A stretch of DNA of 64,000 bases from Octopus sinensis (taxonomy: Eukaryota), in assembly GCF_006345805.1 (NCBI RefSeq), contig NW_021834228.1:8947-72946 (forward strand). Reading direction: 5' to 3'. Positions within the stretch are counted from its first letter, which is position 1. Each line of letters begins with the position of its first letter. The notes under the pieces were generated by a model that had not been told where the DNA came from, did not search any database, and saw only the letters and a list, made by a program, of their open reading frames with translations. Of this stretch, positions 57,661 through 64,000 are shown piece after piece. Made by a program: the position numbers and the translations under genes.

Positions 57661-58544
57661 ATATGTAAAAAAATATACAGTCCACAGATCCCAGATCAAA
57701 ATTCTCCAAAACAGAAAAAATAGCATTCAGCCAACACATCAACATTTACGACAGTAACAAAAATCCAAGCATTAGAATTTTTCTCCTCTACCAATTCAGG
57801 TACGATACAACCTGTAGCCAACGAATTAGTAAAGAGACTGTCTTTATTACAAAATATAGACACATTTTGAACGCGTCTACAACAAACGACATATATGCAC
57901 CACGGCCTTAGAATAACACAAACTCACACGCAAATGTTAAAAAATGTTATACTCAAGAGATTCCGAAGAATTCATTAACAACTGTCCCAATCACTACTAT
58001 AATCCATAACGAGTCATTTTTAGGTCACTTGACCATTTAACATCCTACTACTATCTCACCAGCTGCATTCCCTTCTCATTCTCCCTTCTCTTTCTCCTTC
58101 TTTTTCTTTGTATTCTTCCTCTCCGCCACCTCCTACCTAACTTTACCACTATTGCTGTTTAAAATAACACCTACGCAAATTTTATAAACAATACATTCAA
58201 AAGAGATGCCTCAAGATATCAATCACTACTGCCATCTACAAGTCACTTTTAGAGCACTTGACCGTTTAACACCCTACTACTATCACGGCATTCTTCTTCT
58301 TCTTCTTCTTCTTTTCTTTTTCTTCTTCTTCTTCTTCTTCTTCTTCTTCTTCTTCTTCTTCTTCTTCTTCTTCTTCTTCCCTGCAAAGAATTCACAACCA
58401 ACTCGAACTTACAAGAGTAAACAAGAGAGACATAGACACAGCAGAAACAAGGAGAATTCCCCTTGTATTTGAATAATATGCAAATATTCTTTTAAAAAAC
58501 GATTCTTTTAATTTTTTCTAAAATTTAATTGTTTTCCATACTTA

Positions 58545-58580
58545 CACTTGAAAAAGTCCCAATGACTGAAACCATTACTG
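58545..58580 (+). ncRNA. Hammerhead-like motif, U3-A8 variant (family 4, second copy)
   Basis: CAC-TTGAAAA-AGTC CCAAT GACT-GAAA-CCAT-TA-CTG; flanks ~58437-58625 are homologous to 37751-37955. Confidence 0.55.
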
Positions 58581-59452
58581 AAATGTTTTGTATAAAATTA
58601 TTTTAGAATTTCCTACCTTTTTTCCATATATATATATAGATATACATGGATAGACAGACAGAAGTACACACATACATATATACGTTCATATATTTATAAA
58701 TATACATACAAGCACACTCACGCGCACACTCACATACAAATATATATACTATGTATATATGAATATATACATATCTATATATATGTGTGTGTGTGTATGT
58801 GTGTGTGCGTGTGTGTGTGTGTGTGCATGTGCATATAAATATGTGTGTGTGTGAAAAGAGAGTGGGCTGATAAGGAGAGAGTGAGAGAATGAGTAAGCGA
58901 GAGAGCAAGGTTAGATTGCGTAATTTTGCTTGTGCACAAAATTTGCATTCTGTGTTTAGCATGGCTTCCGACCATGTGGTGGTGAGGGGGCGACTATCTT
59001 CGATATATATATGTATTTGCAATTGTCGTAGAGTGATTTCCTTTGACTCTGTTCGACTTCTGAATGACAGGAGGTTGCAATAGTGTTCCTCGCTAGAAAT
59101 CCAATGTACAATTAGTTCGCATTTCTCTAGGCTATATTGCCTTCAGCAACGTTTCTCTAAAACTTCTTTACGTTGTTTCATTAATATTGCTAATATGTTT
59201 TTATTTTGTCCTTGTAGTGTTGTCATTGAAATTACAGATACATGTCATCTCGTTGTTTCTGTTCTTGTTCTTCATGTATGGAAACCAGGACAGATTTAAT
59301 TGAGGAGATAGTTCTTGAAATACGTCTCAACCATACACACTTTTATTTTCAGCCGTTGTTGGGGACAGACTATTTTATTGTAATGTTAAATGAAAATATT
59401 ATACAAATTTAGTAAGATTCTGTTTTTTTTTTCTAGGAAATACACCAATCTG

Positions 59453-59768
59453 ATGTGGAGGTACATGGCCTAGTGGTTAGAGCAGCGGACTCGAGGTCGA
59501 GGCATCGTGGGTTCGAATCTGAGACAGGGTGATGTGTGTGTTTATGAGCGAAATACCTAAGCTCCATGCGACTCCGGCAGAAGGTAATGGCTAACTTCTG
59601 CTGAGTCTTTCGCCACAACTTTCTCTCACTCTTTCCTCCTGCATCTAGCAGCTCACCTGCGGCGGTCGGCTTCCCGTCCGGGTGGGGAACCTATACGACA
59701 AGAAAACCGGGATACCGGCCCTTATGAGCCAGGCGTGGTTCGAGAGGAACAAACAAAAAAACAACAAA
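59453..59768 (+). mobile_element. SINE-C-like head with a different 3' half and (ACA)n-type tail
   Basis: TGTGGAGGTACATGGCCTAGTGGTTAGAGCAG...GGGTTCGAATC; tail GGAACAAACAAAAAAACAACAAAAC. Confidence 0.75.
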
Positions 59769-60179
59769 ACACCAATCTCGTATAACTATTAGTGTTGGTG
59801 AGAGCATCAGTGTTAACCGCAATCTGCCAGGTTAATTGTTAACTGCATTGTAAAGTGGAAATTTCTTATGATGGACATGTCACTTGGAACACTTTTGAAA
59901 ATTATAACTGTATTCGTGTTTCATTTAAAACTTTCGGTGTTAATTTACTTATTATTTGAATGCTATTTCTAGCACTTGGAGAAGGTTTGTACCTGTAAGG
60001 TTTATTACTGTGGCAAATGCCTTTGTTCAAGAAGCCAAACGTGTTTTAAATTAGCTTTCAATTCCAAGTGCCGAAGAAAATAATGAATTCACACGTGATA
60101 TTTTTCTAATAATACAAACAAGAAGCACAGATCCACAGACACACAGAGACTGAAACGTATACACACACACACACACCAT

Positions 60180-60256
<77 letters not shown>

Positions 60257-60268
60257 AATATACATATA

Positions 60269-60304
<36 letters not shown>

Positions 60305-60307
60305 ACA

Positions 60308-60382
<75 letters not shown>

Positions 60383-60394
60383 ATATATTTATAC

Positions 60395-60580
60395 ATATGT
60401 TACATTACTCGGTAGTCAAGATAAAACTCTGAGTTTCAGATGCCGAAGTGGAAATCCCAACACCATTTCTTCGGTTATCTGAAAATAGCCAGATAACGAC
60501 CGAAGAGATGGTGGTGTGGATTTCCACTTCGGCATCTGAAACTCAGAGTTTTATCTTGACTACCGAGTAATGTAACATAT
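60395..60580. mobile_element. Head-to-head palindrome with two hammerhead-like motifs (family 5)
   Basis: Arms 60395-60480 and 60491-60580. Plus strand: AGATAA-CGA-CCGAAGA-GATG[22 nt]CATC-T-GAAA-CTCAGAG-TT-TTATCT. The minus copy lacks the CGA insert. A decayed relative lies at ~18505-18570 (-). Confidence 0.6.
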
Positions 60581-60654
60581 TGTATAGATAAATTTCCTCT
60601 ATTTACATAATATTGAGGTCTCTTTCTTTCTTTTGTTATCTTACCGTTTTAAAT

Positions 60655-60693
<39 letters not shown>

Positions 60694-60805
60694 ACATGCA
60701 TGCACTTGCTTACATACATAGATGTGCGTGTGTGTGTGTCGTGTCTGTTTGATTGTGTATGTATGTGTATAGATTTGTGTGTTTTGATTTATGCATGTAT
60801 TCCCA

Positions 60806-60858
<53 letters not shown>

Positions 60859-60879
60859 ATATATATATATATATATATT

Positions 60880-60919
<40 letters not shown>

Positions 60920-61800
60920 TTTTCTGGAAAAGTTCTGGAAGGTTTTATAGAGTTTATAGTTCCAGTAATGGATTGGATTTTAAGAAGCCTAAATTCTCAA
61001 GATTGGTATTTAGACATTGTATTACATACCCCAAGGCCCCAATAGGTTCATTATAATCCTGAACTTGTAATCTAGATAGAGTAACTGCAGATTTCTCAAT
61101 AGTTCAGCGTAGGTGTTCGATTTTTCCCATATCTTCAGCTCTATGTTATCAACCGTTGGGCAGCACAGTTTCTTTACTTTATCCAAAATCATTATACCAA
61201 GTCCGGTGTGATTACATTTAACTGAGGTCTTAAATTGGACATTCCTTATGAATGTATGTATGTATGTATGTATGCATGTATGTATGTATGTATGCATCTA
61301 CGTCTGAGCATTTTTATAATAGGCTAAGAAACAGATACACTTCTGATGTTCTGTTAAAGTTTGACTTAGAAAAATATGTTCCAATGTTCTCCGACATTTT
61401 CCGATACAAACATGTAATGTATTTTCATATGAATTACGAAATATTTCTTACTACTACGTAGGTTGAGGAATAATTAATCAACAAATTTAGAAAGAAGAAA
61501 CACACTTCAATGCATGATATGAAAGTAATATAAGTGATCATTAAATACTAGTAAATCCTCGCAAACGTCGGAAACAGATGTGTATGCTTCGAGAAGTATA
61601 TCTCCAATCAGACTGTGTCAAAATAAAGAATCCACTTATTTTGACCATTAAGCATGAGAAGGAGACTCTCTCAGTCTTTCTTTTTCTCTCTTTTATCTCT
61701 GTCTCCCCTCTCATTTTTTCTCTATACATTTCGAAAAACACAGTCACACACACACACACATATATACATACATGTATTATATATGTGTGTATAGATATGA

Positions 61801-61832
<32 letters not shown>

Positions 61833-62053
61833 CATGTATATATATCTATATATATATATATACATATATATACTATATGTATATGTATATATACCTACAT
61901 ATATATATCTACATATGTGTATATATATATATGTATATGTATATAAACAATATATATATGTTTATATACATATATATGTATATATAGATACATATATATA
62001 TATATATATATATATATCTATATATATATATATATATACATATATACATCTAT

Positions 62054-62096
<43 letters not shown>

Positions 62097-62794
62097 ACAT
62101 GCATACACACGAACAGACATACAATGCGTGCTTCTATTTACTTTTTTGGAACAAATTCTATAAAACATACCAGCTTTTTCTTCAAGTGACAAATGTACAA
62201 CTCTAATTTCCACTAATCTCTACTCATTTTATTCACCTTATTGCTGTAGATGTTTCTGTACACGAGGAATATTATATTAGCTGGAATACAGGTAATTAGT
62301 GAAAAATTTGATACAGTAGCCATTACATCCGTTGTTGGTGCCGTTTTACTTGTTACAGCCCAATTAATGTTCGAGAAGACAGCTTTATAGCGCAGAGTCA
62401 GTCACTTGAAATAATGCATCCAATCAGCGTACCTTGCCGGTATCAACTCAGGGTTATTTATAGTTAAGCGGTATTGAAGCAATGATGTTTTATTTTGAAG
62501 AGGATAAGTTGGTGAATGTATTTTACATTGATTTAGTTGATACCTGAAGTCGTGTGAGACTATGGTCGTACAGAAAAGTTGTTAGTTGTTAGCAAATCAT
62601 GTTTGTTGACAGGTTGAGTTCAAAAGGTTATTATTATCATACGTGTTTTGTAAAATAAACACGTGTAAGCGTATGATTTATTGTATTTGTACGGCTATAT
62701 TTATGTGAATACCATACTTGCGCAGAAACACATATATGCATTATTTCTACACCACACAACATTGTAAACATCTTTTCATACCTCTGTATGAATC

Positions 62795-63025
62795 TATTTC
62801 TTTACTACCCACAAGGGGCTAAGCACAGAGGAGACAAACAAGGACAGACAAATGGATTAAGTCGATTACATCGACCCCGGTGCGTGACTGGTACTTAATT
62901 TGTCGACCCCGAAAGGATAAAAGGCAAAGTCGACCTCGGCGGCATTTGAACTCAGAACATAACGGCAGTCGAAATACCGCTAAGCATTTCATCCTGTGTG
63001 ATAACGCTTCTGTCAGCTCGCCATG
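62795..63025 (-). mobile_element. SINE-B, full length
   Basis: Alignment to 11917-12137. Confidence 0.88.
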
Positions 63026-63245
63026 TAGCTGTGTAGTATCATACATTTTATCCATCCACATATCTTTCTATATATTCTCTCTGTGTGTATCTTCATATAC
63101 CACTCTATGAAGAGACAGATGAATGCATAGTCAGGCAGTCAGAGAGACAGACATGCAGACTGACGGGTAGATACAAGATAGAGGGGCGGACGGATATGTA
63201 GATATATAGGCAGACAGACAGAGAGACATGCAGACAGACAGATCT

Positions 63246-63330
<85 letters not shown>

Positions 63331-63362
63331 CATACACATAGACAGATAGATAGGTAGGTAGG

Positions 63363-63422
<60 letters not shown>

Positions 63423-63467
63423 CAGATAGATGGATAGACAGACATACAGATAGACAGATAGATAGAT

Positions 63468-64000
63468 ATGTTTCTTTATTAGCCACACAGGGCTGCACAC
63501 AGATAGAACAATTACAAGGTAGAGCTTTTCTTTGAAGGTTTAAAAAAAAAAAATAATAATAATAAAATAACAGATAAAATAAAATAAAAAGGGGGGTCGA
63601 TCAAAAGGGATCGTAAAAGGAGAGAAAGAGGACAAAAAAAAGGGGGGGTTAAAAAAAAAAAAAAAAGGGGGAGACGAAAAAAAATTGATCAATAGGGATC
63701 GTTATCACAGAAATGTCAATATGAAGTGTAAAGGGGAGGACAGGTAGTTTTACCACGTGGAAAGAAAAGCCTACGGAAAAGACCACGGTAACCTCGGTCA
63801 ATGAAGTCACATGTTATATTTCTTTTTTTTTTTTTTTTTTTGCAAATAAGCAACTCTCTGTATTAATTTTTACGGTTCATAGAATCATAGTCAAGGTGGC
63901 TTCGTCATTCATACGTGCCATCCTTGCTACATTCACCCATCTTTTTTTAAAACATTCACTAGACAAAACTTGCCTCTCTACTCTCACTTTTTTCTTCAAG
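63468..64000 (-). mobile_element. 3' end of a Tx1/L1-type LINE running off the window, ending in (ATCT)n
   Basis: Open frame LKKKVRVERQVLSSECFKKRWVNVARMARMNDEATLTMIL* (stop 63877-79); the 3' UTR ends CTAATAAAGAAACAT, joined to (ATCT)n. Confidence 0.6.

Overview
This is AT-rich, microsatellite-saturated animal genomic DNA. The SINE and LINE families look like those of octopod cephalopods (Octopus-like); that is my recognition, not a database result. I find no convincing host protein-coding gene, and almost all listed ORFs are translations of simple repeats. The window is a patchwork of at least three tRNA-derived SINE families, 5'-truncated LINEs (CR1/L2-type, R4/Dong-type in (TAA)n, Tx1/L1-type), decayed mariner and hAT transposases, and several MITE/foldback elements. 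The most striking signal is about 15 minimal type-I hammerhead-ribozyme (HHR) motifs or remnants from 6-7 different short repeat families. Most sit next to (TA)n tracts and many are in head-to-head inverted repeats, the architecture known for Penelope-like retroelement (PLE) pseudo-LTRs. Three families carry recurrent non-canonical cores: U3-A8 with a covarying stem II, CUGUNGA(A), and CCGAAGA with a U inserted before GAAA. Two ~1 kb tandem duplications may be assembly artefacts.
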